NCBI GenBank assembly: GCA_015233145.1
Contig: JADFYI010000002.1
Location: 44,495 to 108,494, forward strand
Source of the DNA: Candidatus Omnitrophota bacterium
GTDB taxonomy: Bacteria; Omnitrophota; Gorgyraeia; Zapsychrales; Fredricksoniimonadaceae
Direction: 5' to 3'
DNA length: 64,000 nt
The position numbers were made by a program, and so were the translations under genes. How positions within the stretch are numbered: the stretch's first letter is position 1; each line of letters begins with the position of its first letter. Positions 24,356-34,179 of the stretch are shown here, piece by piece. Below the pieces are notes generated by a model. That model had not been told where the DNA came from. It did no database searches and worked only from the letters and a program-made list of their open reading frames with translations.

Positions 24356-25762
24356 TTATTTCTTTACAAACTCTCTGATGTCTGTAATCTTGCCGGTAAT
24401 AGCAGCCAAAGCCGCCATCTCGGGGCTCACCAGGTGCGTACGGCCGCCAGGCCCCTGACGGCCTTCAAAATTCCGGTTTGATGTGGCAGCGCAGCGCTGT
24501 CCCGGCTTTAACTGATCATCGTTCATGGCCAGGCACATGGAACATCCGGCATGGCGCCATTCAAATCCTGCTGCTGTAAAAACTTTATCGAGGCCTTCTT
24601 TTTCAGCCTGGCGCTTGACCCTCCCGGAACCAGGAACAACAAGGGCCTCTACCCCTGAAGAAACTTTCTTCCCCTTAACAATCTGGGCTGCGGCGCGTAA
24701 ATCTTCAATGCGGCCGTTGGTGCAGGAACCAATAAAAACAACATCAATTTTGATATCCGTTATTTTCATCCCAGGCTTCAGATCCATGTAACGAAGCGCA
24801 TTTTTGGCTGCGGTCTGGGCCTGTGGATCTTTAAAGCTCTTGGGGTCTGGCACTGTTTTATCAACAGAAACCACCTGTCCAGGGCTTGTGCCCCAGGTAA
24901 CCTGCGGGCCAATATCTTCAGCCTTGATGTTAATCACTTTATCAAATTTGGCACCCTTATCGCTCGAGAGAGTTTTCCAGTAGCTGACGGCCTTAACCCA
25001 ATGGTCTCCTTTGGGAGAATAATCGCGGCCCTGAAGATAGGTAAACGTGGTATCGTCAGGCGCTATCATCCCGGCGCGCGCGCCAGCTTCAATAGACATA
25101 TTACAAACCGTCATGCGGCCTTCCATGGACATTTCTTGAATGGTGCTTCCGCCATACTCGATAACATACCCGGTTGCGCCGGCTGTTCCTATGAGGCCAA
25201 TAACGTAAAGGATCACATCCTTGGGCGAAACGCCAATACCTAAAACCCCATCAATATTAATAAGCATTGTGGGAGATTTCTTCTGCTGTAATGTTTGCGT
25301 AGCCAAAACATGTTCGACTTCAGAGGTGCCGATGCCAAATGCTAATGCGCCGAAAGCGCCATGCGTTGCAGTATGAGAGTCGCCGCAAACAATCACCATC
25401 CCGGGCTGGGTAATGCCCAATTCCGGGCCAATGATATGGACAACACCCTGGTCGTCATCTGTAAAATCAAAGCATTTAATGCCAAACTCATCGCAATTCT
25501 TCTTTAATTGGTTGATCTGCGTTAACGATGTTCCGCTGGCCAAAGAAAGATCTTTGCTTTTGGTGGGCACGTTATGGTCCATGGTGGCAAAAACCTTTTG
25601 AGGCGCGCGAACCTTGCGGCCAGACACACGCAGGGCCTCAAACGCCTGAGGGCTTGTGACTTCATGGACCAGCTGGCGGTCAACATAGATAAGAGAGGCC
25701 GTATTCTGGCCTTCATGGACAAGATGCGCGTCCCATATTTTCTGGTACATTGTTTTTGACAT
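24356..25762 (-). CDS. leuC: 3-isopropylmalate dehydratase large subunit
   Basis: [38 protein letters not shown]. The track start at 25795 is a TTG extension, so I use ATG 25762. Confidence 0.95.
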   Translation of the reverse strand: MSKTMYQKIWDAHLVHEGQNTASLIYVDRQLVHEVTSPQAFEALRVSGRKVRAPQKVFATMDHNVPTKSKDLSLASGTSLTQINQLKKNCDEFGIKCFDFTDDDQGVVHIIGPELGITQPGMVIVCGDSHTATHGAFGALAFGIGTSEVEHVLATQTLQQKKSPTMLINIDGVLGIGVSPKDVILYVIGLIGTAGATGYVIEYGGSTIQEMSMEGRMTVCNMSIEAGARAGMIAPDDTTFTYLQGRDYSPKGDHWVKAVSYWKTLSSDKGAKFDKVINIKAEDIGPQVTWGTSPGQVVSVDKTVPDPKSFKDPQAQTAAKNALRYMDLKPGMKITDIKIDVVFIGSCTNGRIEDLRAAAQIVKGKKVSSGVEALVVPGSGRVKRQAEKEGLDKVFTAAGFEWRHAGCSMCLAMNDDQLKPGQRCAATSNRNFEGRQGPGGRTHLVSPEMAALAAITGKITDIREFVKK

Positions 25763-25879
25763 AGCATACCCCAGCCATCTTTTAAACCCTTTCAATAATT
25801 CAGAAGGCCTTCTATAAAAAGCCTTAAAAATCTCCGTGTATTATAACTCTTATCTCCAAAGGGGCAAGGGACAATCAAA

Positions 25880-28567
25880 TTATACTAATTTCCTTAAGAC
25901 CGTTTGTAAGATGCCGCCGTTACGGTAATAATCAATCTCCACAGGCGTATCCAAACGGACAATGACCCTGAATTCCCTGGCTTCTCCTTCTTTGGACTGT
26001 GCCGTAACCAAAACTTCCTGGCGGGGGCTTAAATGTTCATTTAATCCCGTAATATCAAACTCTTCATCACCTTTAAGCCCTAGTGTTTGGGCATTCTCCC
26101 CTGGCTTAAACTGGAGCGGCATAATGCCCATGCCCGCAAGGTTGCTGCGATGAATGCGTTCAAAACTTTCTGCAATGACAACACGGATTCCCAATAATGC
26201 CGGGCCTTTGGCGGCCCAGTCGCGGCTTGAGCCTGTGCCGTACTCCTTGCCTGCCAGGGCAATCAAAGGCGTGCCATCGGCCTTATATTTGACCGAACCA
26301 TCAAAAATGCTCATGACTTCCCGGGTCTTAAAATACGTTGTCCACGACCCCTCTGTGCCAGGAGCCAGCAAATTACGCAAACGGATATTGGCAAAAGTCC
26401 CCCGCGCCATCACACGGTCATTGCCGCGGCGCGCGCCATAGCTGTTAAAATCCAACGGAGCAACGCCAAGCCCTACGAGATACTTCCCTGCCGGACTTTT
26501 AGCGGAAATGTTTCCAGCCGGAGAAATATGGTCGGTTGTGATGGAATCTCCCACCATAATAAGCGCCCTGGCGCCTTTGATATCTTCAATCGCTTTCTGG
26601 CCCTGGGCTGTTTTCTCAAAATACGGAGGTTCCTGAATATAAGTGCTTTTTTTATTCCAGGGGTAAAGCTCACTCTTTAAAGACTTAACCTTGCCCCAAT
26701 TTTTGTTTCCCTTGACCGCGGTCTTATACTTTCCGCTAAAAACACGGGCTGTTACATATTTTCTGATGAGCTGGTTAATTTCTGCCTGAGACGGCCAGAT
26801 GTCTTTTAAATACACATCATTGCCGTCATTATCTTTCCCCAGGGATTCATTAAATAAATCAACTTTTACTGTTCCGGCAATGGCATAGGCCACAACCAGC
26901 ATCGGGGATGCCAGATAATTGGCCTTCACATGCGGGTTAATGCGGCCTTCAAAATTACGGTTACCGGAGGTGACACTCGCGGCAATAAGATTCCCTTCCT
27001 CAATGGCCGCAGACACGGCTTCGGGCAACGAACCGCTGTTGCCAATACATGTGGCACACCCGTAACCCACGTTATAAAACCCCAAGGCTTCAAGCGCGCG
27101 CATCAGCCCCGCTTTTTCCAAATACTCATCCACCACCTGAGAACCAGGTGTGAGCGATGTTTTGACAAAACTTTTGACCCGTAACCCTTTTTGAACAGCT
27201 CTTTGAGCCAAAAGCCCGGCACCTATGAGCACTGAGGGGTTTGAAGTATTGGTACAGCTTGTAATCGCCGCAAGCACCACACTGCCATGCCCGATATGAT
27301 TTTTCGAGCCTTTCACAGAGATTTTTTTGTCAACATCCGCTTCAGACAGGCCAAAACCTTTATGCCCGACGGGTGATGTCAATGCCGCTTTAAAACTGTT
27401 TTTAAGATCAACCATTTTCACCCGGTCCTGCGGCCGTTTAGGGCCGGCCAGGCTTGGCTCAATGGTGGTTAAATCCAATACGAGCGTGTCTGTGAATTCC
27501 GGCTCTGTTTGGGCATAGGGATCAAAAAGGCCAAGGGCTTTAAAATAGGCTTCCACTATTTTGGCTTCTTTGACGCGAGCGGTTGTGGCGTAATAATTGA
27601 TTGTTTCCTCATCAATCGGGAAAAGCCCCATGGTTGCCCCATACTCCGGCCCCATGTTGGAAATTGTGGCGCGGTCAGCCAGCGTCAGATGCTTGAGGCC
27701 AGGGCCAAAAAATTCTACAAATTTGTCCACCACGCCGCGTTTGCGGAGCATTTCCACAACAGTCAAAACAAGATCCGTGGCCGTGACGCCTTCATTGAGG
27801 GCGCCGGTTAATTTTACGCCGATTACCTCCGGCATGACCATGGACAAAGGCTCACCAAGCATCACAGATTCCGCCTCAATCCCTCCCACACCCCAACCCA
27901 CGATGCCAAGGCCGTTGATCATGGTGGTATGGCTGTCAGTGCCCACAAGGCTGTCAGGATAAAGAATAACCTCCCGGCCGTCTTTCTTTTTGAGGACACC
28001 CCCGGCTAAATATTCAAGATTGACCTGATGGATAATCCCTGTGGCCGGCGGAATAACACAAAAATTCTTAAACGTGTTTTGTCCCCATTTTAGAAATTCA
28101 TAGCGTTCATTATTGCGCTTGAATTCCAAAAACACGTTTTTATCAAAAGCCTGCCTGCAGCCAAAGGCATCCACCTGAAGCGAATGGTCAATCACCAGGT
28201 CGCACTTAACCTGGGGGTTAATTTTTTTAACATCCCCTTTCAGGCGTTTCATGGCTTCACGCATAGCGGCCAGGTCTACAACACACGGCACCCCTGTAAA
28301 ATCCTGCAAAATGACACGGCCAGGCTTAAATGCGATTTCTTTGAGTTCATTTCTGGGTTTCCAGCCTGCCAAAGTTTTAATGTCGTCTAAGGTGACCTGA
28401 TAATTGTCGTAATTGCGAAGCGCGCTTTCCAGAAGAATACGGATCGAAAACGGGAGCTTTGAGATGTCGGTTAAAAGAAGGCCAGACAACTTATTGATAT
28501 CGTAAATCTTGTACGTCTTCCCTGCGATTTTTAACGACTTGGTAAATTTTTCTTTATTAAATTCCAT
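25880..28567 (-). CDS. acnA: aconitate hydratase A
   Basis: 895 aa. Aconitase family motifs [34 protein letters not shown] and the swivel domain [16 protein letters not shown]. Confidence 0.93.
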   Translation of the reverse strand: MEFNKEKFTKSLKIAGKTYKIYDINKLSGLLLTDISKLPFSIRILLESALRNYDNYQVTLDDIKTLAGWKPRNELKEIAFKPGRVILQDFTGVPCVVDLAAMREAMKRLKGDVKKINPQVKCDLVIDHSLQVDAFGCRQAFDKNVFLEFKRNNERYEFLKWGQNTFKNFCVIPPATGIIHQVNLEYLAGGVLKKKDGREVILYPDSLVGTDSHTTMINGLGIVGWGVGGIEAESVMLGEPLSMVMPEVIGVKLTGALNEGVTATDLVLTVVEMLRKRGVVDKFVEFFGPGLKHLTLADRATISNMGPEYGATMGLFPIDEETINYYATTARVKEAKIVEAYFKALGLFDPYAQTEPEFTDTLVLDLTTIEPSLAGPKRPQDRVKMVDLKNSFKAALTSPVGHKGFGLSEADVDKKISVKGSKNHIGHGSVVLAAITSCTNTSNPSVLIGAGLLAQRAVQKGLRVKSFVKTSLTPGSQVVDEYLEKAGLMRALEALGFYNVGYGCATCIGNSGSLPEAVSAAIEEGNLIAASVTSGNRNFEGRINPHVKANYLASPMLVVAYAIAGTVKVDLFNESLGKDNDGNDVYLKDIWPSQAEINQLIRKYVTARVFSGKYKTAVKGNKNWGKVKSLKSELYPWNKKSTYIQEPPYFEKTAQGQKAIEDIKGARALIMVGDSITTDHISPAGNISAKSPAGKYLVGLGVAPLDFNSYGARRGNDRVMARGTFANIRLRNLLAPGTEGSWTTYFKTREVMSIFDGSVKYKADGTPLIALAGKEYGTGSSRDWAAKGPALLGIRVVIAESFERIHRSNLAGMGIMPLQFKPGENAQTLGLKGDEEFDITGLNEHLSPRQEVLVTAQSKEGEAREFRVIVRLDTPVEIDYYRNGGILQTVLRKLV

Positions 28568-28601
28568 AAAAACCTCTGATTAAAAGTTTGATTCTGTTGC
28601 A

Positions 28602-28680
28602 GAGACATCGGGACATGTCAGTCGCTCGGACAGTCCCTGCCTGCCGGCAGGCTCACTTGGTGACATATTCCCGATGGCTC
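28602..28680. repeat. palindromic terminal-inverted-repeat element, short copy
   Basis: gagacatcgggacatgtca...tgacatattcccgatggctc with central palindrome gcctgccggcaggc. It shares a 17-nt core (agtcgctcggacagtcc) and an 11-nt block (cttggtgacat) with the reverse complement of 54988..55124. Confidence 0.85.
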
Positions 28681-28887
28681 ACAACAGGCTTCAAGCTGCC
28701 AATAACCAAATTGCATGAATTATAGGGAAACACCTGCCTTGCGTCAATAAAGTTGAAAGTATTTGTTGAAAAACATCTATTCCCTGTTTAGGATGACATA
28801 AAGTATAAATTGATTTAGGGAATGTGCATTGTCCTTTTCAGACGTTAAAAGGTTTTGGCAAAAGTTCCCTGAAATAAAAATTTTATT

Positions 28888-30330
28888 ATGAAAATTGCCA
28901 TATTAAATCCTTCATTCGGTGAAAACTTTGTACGCGTAGCGCGTTGGGCTGCCAAATCCCGCGGACGCGTGCAGCGCCATCCCGATTATCTTCTCACGGC
29001 CGCCCAAATTCTTATCAACGCCGGCCATGATGTTATTTTTGTCGAGGCTGCGGCAAGGAACCTGACACCCGAAGAAAGCTTTCGGATTGTGAAAAATTTT
29101 AGGGCTGAACTTCTGGTGATCCACGCCACAACCCCGTCTATTTATGCGGATATTGACCAGGCCCGTGTTATTAAAGACCAAAACCATTGCAAAGTGGCTT
29201 TTGTCGGCCAGCACACCACAGCTGAGCCGGACAACACTTTTGAAATCGCGCAAGGTGTCGTGGATTATATTTTACGCGGCGAGTATGACGACACTTTAAA
29301 AGATATTGCTTCCGGTATGCCTCCCAAAGACATTGCAGGCCTTTGCTGGCATGACGGAACAAAGGTTATTCATAATCCCAACCGTCCTGCGGTCAATGTT
29401 AATGACCTGCCCTTTCCTGCCTGGCAGCTTATTCAGCCTGAATGGTATCCGGACGCCGGGAAAAAATATCCGTTTCTCACGTTATTCACCGGACGAGGAT
29501 GTAACAATGCCTGCACGTTTTGCAGAGACCCGCAGCTCATGTATGGTTACAACTTGCGAACCCGCGACTCAAAACTTGTTGTGGATGAAATGGAATATGA
29601 CCTTAAGCTTTTCCCGCAAATCCGCGAAATCATGTTTGAGACCGACACTTTTACGGCAGACCCCCAGCATGTGCGTGCGGTCTGCCATGAAATCATAAAA
29701 CGCGGGCTTCATAAGAAAATATCATGGTCGTGCAATGTCAGGATCAATATTGACCTGGAACTTCTTCCTTTAATGAAAGAAGCCCACTGCCGCATGCTCA
29801 TGGTGGGTTACGAATTCGGCACCAACGAAGCCTTGCGCGCGGTGCGTAAAGGTGGGGTCAATGTTGAAATGGGACAACGATTCTCCCAGCGAGCGCATGA
29901 ATTAGGTTTTACTTTGCACGGATGTTTTATGATTGGCGCGCCCGGCGAAACCCGCGCCAGCGCCCGTGCGACCATTGATTATGCTAAGGGCATGCCCTTA
30001 GATACGATTCAATTCACAGGAATTGCCACTTACCCAGGAACCCATCTTTATAAATGGGCCAAAGAAAATGGATACCTTCTGGCCAAAGACTGGAAAGATT
30101 GGCTTACAGCGGAAGGCGAACAAAAAACCCTGCTCTCTTACCCGCAGCTTTCCAATAAAGAAATTGATGAACTGATTGATGTGGGATTAAAAGAATTTTA
30201 TCTGCGCCCGAAACAAATGTGGAGAATGCTGATTTCTATCCGTTCCATCGGCGATTTCCTAAGGAAACTTTACGGATTAGGCGCTTTTCTGGATTACTTC
30301 TGGAAAAAAATCTTCAGGAAAAAAGCTTAA
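28888..30330 (+). CDS. B12-binding-domain radical SAM protein (class B type)
   Basis: N-terminal Rossmann-like B12-binding region, then FTGRGCNNACTFCRDP (C-x3-C-x2-C). 480 aa, similar in layout to HpnJ-like class B enzymes. Substrate unknown. Confidence 0.85.
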   Translation: MKIAILNPSFGENFVRVARWAAKSRGRVQRHPDYLLTAAQILINAGHDVIFVEAAARNLTPEESFRIVKNFRAELLVIHATTPSIYADIDQARVIKDQNHCKVAFVGQHTTAEPDNTFEIAQGVVDYILRGEYDDTLKDIASGMPPKDIAGLCWHDGTKVIHNPNRPAVNVNDLPFPAWQLIQPEWYPDAGKKYPFLTLFTGRGCNNACTFCRDPQLMYGYNLRTRDSKLVVDEMEYDLKLFPQIREIMFETDTFTADPQHVRAVCHEIIKRGLHKKISWSCNVRINIDLELLPLMKEAHCRMLMVGYEFGTNEALRAVRKGGVNVEMGQRFSQRAHELGFTLHGCFMIGAPGETRASARATIDYAKGMPLDTIQFTGIATYPGTHLYKWAKENGYLLAKDWKDWLTAEGEQKTLLSYPQLSNKEIDELIDVGLKEFYLRPKQMWRMLISIRSIGDFLRKLYGLGAFLDYFWKKIFRKKA

Positions 30331-30752
30331 GCCCCGTCGCTCACACACGCGTACCATAAAACAAAAAATAACGGATGTGCCGGCATGGTGCTGATGCCGT
30401 TGTCCATAAAGGCCCCCGTTACCTGGCGCTTGGTTTTTTCAGGGCAAACCAAATCCCCTTTCGTGCCGTCCGGGCAGGAAGCTTTTCCCCAGAAAGAACA
30501 ATAAAAAGGCACGGCAATGGCCTCGTAAAGCATTGTTCCTGGAACCACTTTGGCAGGGTCAATTTCCGCGCGGATTTCTCCTCCACCCACAATAACGCCG
30601 TTCGAATGAATTGTTTTAACAGATAATGAATCGTAAGATCCCGAGGGCGAAGGATAATAGCTGGTTAAAACATACTGGCGGGTTTGGGCAAAAACAAAAG
30701 ATGATGAAAGAAATAATGAAATAAGGCAAATAATAAGCGTCATGGACTTCAT
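30327..30752 (-). CDS. hypothetical secreted Cys-containing protein
   Basis: The start is trimmed from the TTG at 30827 to ATG 30752 (GGGAGA 7 nt upstream). Signal peptide MKSMTLIICLISLFLSSSFVFAQ. The mature part has YYPSPSGSY and 5 Cys. No family recognised. Confidence 0.5.
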   Translation of the reverse strand: MKSMTLIICLISLFLSSSFVFAQTRQYVLTSYYPSPSGSYDSLSVKTIHSNGVIVGGGEIRAEIDPAKVVPGTMLYEAIAVPFYCSFWGKASCPDGTKGDLVCPEKTKRQVTGAFMDNGISTMPAHPLFFVLWYACVSDGA

Positions 30753-30825
30753 GGCAAAATCTCCCGTAATAAAATTTCTGATTAAAGTATACCCTTGAGC
30801 CATGCAGGCTTCAAACAATTCTTCC

Positions 30826-30866
30826 AAAAGAAAAGGGGCACATCAAACGTGCCCCTTTTCTTTTTC
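30826..30866 (-). terminator. rho-independent terminator after the sigma/anti-sigma operon
   Basis: Perfect stem aaaaggggcac (30831..30841) / gtgcccctttt (30849..30859) with a 7-nt loop. T-rich on both sides. Confidence 0.7.
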
Positions 30867-30896
30867 TATGACAAAAACCCGGTACGCGTGTGAGGC

Positions 30897-33035
30897 TTAT
30901 TTAAACTGCATGCCTCCCGAGTTTGAAACATCCAAGGCCTGGGCTGTTTCCACAAGCCTGATAAATTCTTCGCGGTACCCGAATTTATCATCGCCTTTAG
31001 CCGCCTTACCCATCTGAAGAACCTGGTCATAAGTGGACGTGCCTTTAAACTCTGAATGCCGTAACAGCATCCCCATCTCTGCCACAGACGCGGCAAAGGC
31101 AAAATCACCCTGGGGTGCATCCTTGATTTCAGTCTTGTTTAAAACCTTGGTGATGAGCTTGCTGGTGTCTTCCTTGGGCTCCTTATAACGGAGCTTCAAG
31201 GTCAGCATTTCATCGCTTTTGACGGTCTCGGCTTTCTGATACTTCAAGGCATCAACGTCAGCTGTCTTTTCTGCTGATCCCGCAGGAATGATTTCATAAA
31301 GGGCTGTGACCGTATGGCCCGCGCCTATTTCGCCGGCATCTTTCTTGTCGTCGTTGAAATCTTCCTTGTTGAGCTTGCGGTTTTCATAACCGATCAGGCG
31401 GTAGGCCTTGACAGCCGAGGGATTGAATTCCACCTGGATTTTGACATCCTTGGCAATGGTAAAAAGTGTGGAGCCCAGTTCGGTCATAAACACTTTTTTG
31501 GCTTCCTGAAGGCTGTCAAAATAATAATAAGAGCCGTTGCCTTTGTCTGCAATCTGCTCAAGACGGCCATCTTTTAAATTGCCGTCGCTCCCCACGCCGA
31601 TAACCGTGAGGAATATGCCTTCATTGCGTTTTTCCTCAATCAGGCGTGTCATTTCCGAAGTGCTGGAGACTCCCACATTAAAATCACCGTCTGTGGCTAA
31701 AATAACGCGGTTGTTGCCATTGGGAATAAAATTCTCTTTGGCAATCGCATAAGCCTTCTTGATCCCAGCCCCGCCCGCGGTTGAGCCGCCAGCCATGAGG
31801 CTCTGGATCGCAGAAATAATGACTTCCTTCTCAGTCCCGGGCGTGGATTCCAACGCCACCCGCTCTGCCCCGGCGTAAACAACGATCGCCACTTTATCCT
31901 GGTCTCTTAACTGGCGCACCATCATGGTAAAGGCCTGTTGAATCAGCGGCAATTTATCCGGCGACTGCATGGAGCCGGAAACATCCAGAAGAAATGTCAG
32001 ATTGCTGGGAGGAAGTTTGCTCACATCCGGAGTTTTTCCCTTAAGCCCGATTAAAATCAAGCGATGGTCGGCATTCCAGGGGCAAACCGCAGCCTTGGTG
32101 GTCACGCTAAAAGGCTCATCGCCTTCAGGCTTGGGATAATCATAGGAAAAATAATTAATCATTTCCTCAATCCGTATCGCATCCTTGGGCGGAAGCTGAT
32201 TGGATGTTAAATACCGGCGAAGATTGGTATAGGAGCCTGTATCCACATCAATCGAAAATGTGGAAAGCGGGTTCTGGGCAGATTCCAAGAACCGCGACTC
32301 TTCTATAGAAGCGTACTCTTCAGTATTAGCCTCTCCGACTTGCACTAGAGGAACAGAAGGAGAATTTATTGCTACTGCATTAGTATAGTAAGGTTCATAC
32401 TGCAGTGTATTTCCTAAACTTTTCGTACCATCTCTAAGAGACACCGCTGCGTTCGGCATCCTTGACGTATATTGCTCACCTATATCATCCGTTGCGCTCT
32501 TCATCCTTGATCCGGAAAAAGCATCAAAAACTCTGGCTGCCTCAGCCATAACAGACCCGTTATTAACATAAATCTTCTTAGCTTTTTCTGCATCAAGAGC
32601 AACAGACCGTTGCTCAACTTTAGCCGGTGATAAAGCCCCTGTCATGACAGGTGACACTGGCACATTCACCATGACAGTGGGATGTAAAGGATTCCCTCGT
32701 GTGAGGGAATGCCCTGCAAAGAAATAATTGTTGGCTGCTAAAACCACAATCAATACGGACGCGGCCACAGTGGCATACTGCATGGTTCTTTTGGTCTGGG
32801 GTTTCATACTCTTTTCCTCCCGTTGGATAGTTGCCAGGATCTTATGATCCAGGTCGGGAGAGGGTTGTTCGGTAACATTAATCCGCATATGTGAGGATAG
32901 GCGGCGAAGCTCGGCCAGATATTCCCTGGCCTCTGCATTCTCTTTCAAAAGAAGCTCAACTGAGGCAATGTCTTTGGGGGCAAGCTCATTGTCAGCGTAA
33001 GCGCTCACTAGTATTTTCCATTGATGGTCGCTCAT
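30897..33035 (-). CDS. anti-sigma factor fused to a periplasmic von Willebrand factor A domain protein (YfbK-like)
   Basis: The N-terminus YADNELAPKDIASVELLLKENAEAREYLAELRRL is anti-sigma-like, and the start overlaps the sigma gene by 4 nt. One TM helix. VWA MIDAS motif LLDVSGSM, and a C-terminal region resembling YfbK/DUF3520. Confidence 0.8.
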   Translation of the reverse strand: MSDHQWKILVSAYADNELAPKDIASVELLLKENAEAREYLAELRRLSSHMRINVTEQPSPDLDHKILATIQREEKSMKPQTKRTMQYATVAASVLIVVLAANNYFFAGHSLTRGNPLHPTVMVNVPVSPVMTGALSPAKVEQRSVALDAEKAKKIYVNNGSVMAEAARVFDAFSGSRMKSATDDIGEQYTSRMPNAAVSLRDGTKSLGNTLQYEPYYTNAVAINSPSVPLVQVGEANTEEYASIEESRFLESAQNPLSTFSIDVDTGSYTNLRRYLTSNQLPPKDAIRIEEMINYFSYDYPKPEGDEPFSVTTKAAVCPWNADHRLILIGLKGKTPDVSKLPPSNLTFLLDVSGSMQSPDKLPLIQQAFTMMVRQLRDQDKVAIVVYAGAERVALESTPGTEKEVIISAIQSLMAGGSTAGGAGIKKAYAIAKENFIPNGNNRVILATDGDFNVGVSSTSEMTRLIEEKRNEGIFLTVIGVGSDGNLKDGRLEQIADKGNGSYYYFDSLQEAKKVFMTELGSTLFTIAKDVKIQVEFNPSAVKAYRLIGYENRKLNKEDFNDDKKDAGEIGAGHTVTALYEIIPAGSAEKTADVDALKYQKAETVKSDEMLTLKLRYKEPKEDTSKLITKVLNKTEIKDAPQGDFAFAASVAEMGMLLRHSEFKGTSTYDQVLQMGKAAKGDDKFGYREEFIRLVETAQALDVSNSGGMQFK

Positions 33036-33607
33036 ATCTGGCCTCCTTTAATAAACTGGGCCAATTCAACGCGCAGGGTTTCCCTGGCGCGGAATATCAA
33101 AATTTTTGTTTTTTCTAAAGAACACCCTAAAATTTCGCTGATCTCGGCATAGTTTTTTTCGTGATACTCCCTAAGGATAATGGCTTCTCTTTGCTCTTCG
33201 GGTAAAGCGCTGATCGCTTTTTGAACTAACGCGGCTTCTTCTTTCTTTTTCATAAGCTCTGGCGTTAACTCGGCAGTATCTGCAGGTTCCCAGGCTTCAT
33301 ACTCATTACCATTTTGACTTTTGGACCAGAATGAAACCTGGAATTTCTGGCTTCTTAACCGTGAAATGCTCGCATTACGCGCCACAGTAAAAAGCCACGT
33401 TGAAAGCCTGGCACTGCCATCAGCCGTGTATTTCTTGGAAAAAAGCTGTAAAAAAACATCGCTTGTCACATCTTCCGCATCAGCCCTGTTTCCCAAAAAC
33501 CGCAAGGCAAAATTAAACACTTCGGTTTTTCGCCTCTGGAAAATGTCTTTAAAGGCGTCGTGGCTTCCTTCATAATACATCTGTAGCAGTTCTTCGTCTG
33601 TCCTCAT
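33032..33607 (-). CDS. ECF-type RNA polymerase sigma-70 factor
   Basis: Region 2 (RADAEDVTSDVFLQLF) and region 4 HTH (EQREAIILREYHEKNYAEISEILGCSLEKTKILIFRARETLR). Confidence 0.9.
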   Translation of the reverse strand: MRTDEELLQMYYEGSHDAFKDIFQRRKTEVFNFALRFLGNRADAEDVTSDVFLQLFSKKYTADGSARLSTWLFTVARNASISRLRSQKFQVSFWSKSQNGNEYEAWEPADTAELTPELMKKKEEAALVQKAISALPEEQREAIILREYHEKNYAEISEILGCSLEKTKILIFRARETLRVELAQFIKGGQI

Positions 33608-33679
33608 GGTCTTCTCTTAAAGGTTTTTAGCCTTTGTCCGCCCCCTCTCACAAGGGCCTTCTTCCCTCTCCCCACTAGT

Positions 33680-33707
33680 TAAACGCATGAAGGGGAAAAA
33701 AGTTACA
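33680..33707 (-). promoter_or_regulatory. candidate ECF-type autoregulatory promoter
   Basis: On the minus strand: TGTAAC, 16 nt, CGTTTA, about 70 nt upstream of the sigma gene start. It resembles the GAAC-N16-CGT ECF pattern. Speculative. Confidence 0.25.
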
Positions 33708-33782
33708 ACAAATCTTTTTTAATTTACCATGAAACCCCTGAGGAAAACATCCTGAACATAAATTATTTTGCTTCATTTCCCT

Positions 33783-33811
33783 TTGACAACCGCCCGTCAG
33801 TCTGTTATATT
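33783..33811 (+). promoter_or_regulatory. sigma70-type promoter of the ferredoxin gene
   Basis: TTGACA (33783..33788), exactly a 17-nt spacer, then TATATT (33806..33811). AGGAGG lies 7 nt before the ATG at 33848. Confidence 0.65.
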
Positions 33812-33847
33812 TCACACATCTTTAACCTTTTATCAGGAGGAGTTTAA

Positions 33848-34123
33848 ATGCCACATGTTGTTTGCGAACCCTGCGTCAATTGCCGTAACACTTTTTGTTG
33901 CGTTGTATGCCCCGTGGAAGCTTTCCGCGAGGATTCCAATATGCTCGTTATCGATCCCGACGTATGTATCGATTGCGGCGCTTGCACCTCGGAATGTCCG
34001 GTACAAGCGATTTATCCTGACGGCGACGTACCTGCCAAGTGGCAGCAGTACGTAGCGCTCAACAAGGAAAAAGCGCCAAAACTCCCAATGATCAACACGA
34101 AAAAGGAACCGCTCAAGAAATAA
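33848..34123 (+). CDS. ferredoxin (Azotobacter-type 7Fe / 2x[4Fe-4S] family)
   Basis: CEPCVNCRNTFCCVVCPVEAF and CIDCGACTSECPVQAI Cys motifs. 91 aa. Confidence 0.9.
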   Translation: MPHVVCEPCVNCRNTFCCVVCPVEAFREDSNMLVIDPDVCIDCGACTSECPVQAIYPDGDVPAKWQQYVALNKEKAPKLPMINTKKEPLKK

Positions 34124-34146
34124 TAAAGCGGTAGAGATCAAGGAAA

Positions 34147-34179
34147 AAGGCGCTGCTAAAACAGCGCCTTTTATTTTTT
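34147..34179 (+). terminator. rho-independent terminator of the ferredoxin gene
   Basis: Stem aaggcgctg / cagcgcctt with a 6-nt loop, followed by TTATTTTTT. Confidence 0.8.

Noticed and set aside
25763-25795. N-terminal extensions in the ORF track. Examples: leuC 25795, YyaL 42795, menC 44666, the 9517 small protein, the 6009 zinc-ribbon protein, the 30827 secreted protein, nhaB 53805, flavodoxin 52304, MscS 19286, cupin 19762, the membrane protein 63431.
   Set aside because: Where I checked the start codon (leuC 25795, YyaL 42795, menC 44666, 9517, 6009, 30827), the longest-ORF start is a TTG lying inside the upstream gene. For the others (nhaB 53805, flavodoxin 52304, MscS 19286, cupin 19762, 63431), the extended N-terminus overlaps the upstream gene and/or does not align with known homologues. 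In every case an internal ATG gives an N-terminus that matches known homologues or removes the overlap, and most have a good SD. I used the internal start.
28700-28887. Possible cobalamin riboswitch in front of the B12-binding radical SAM gene, suggested by the AGGGAA boxes
   Set aside because: Apart from AGGGAA, I could not find the other conserved cobalamin-riboswitch blocks: GGTG..AA.TCC, GCCACTG, or the B12 box (AGYCAGGAGACCTGCC-like). The GTCCCTGCCTGCC string belongs to the dispersed TIR element. A cmsearch with RF00174 would settle it.
33768-34141. ORFs 33768..34055 (+) and 33833..34141 (-) overlapping the ferredoxin gene
   Set aside because: The 91-aa frame (33848..34123) has textbook ferredoxin Cys motifs, a consensus promoter, an SD and a terminator. 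The overlapping frames have none of these.
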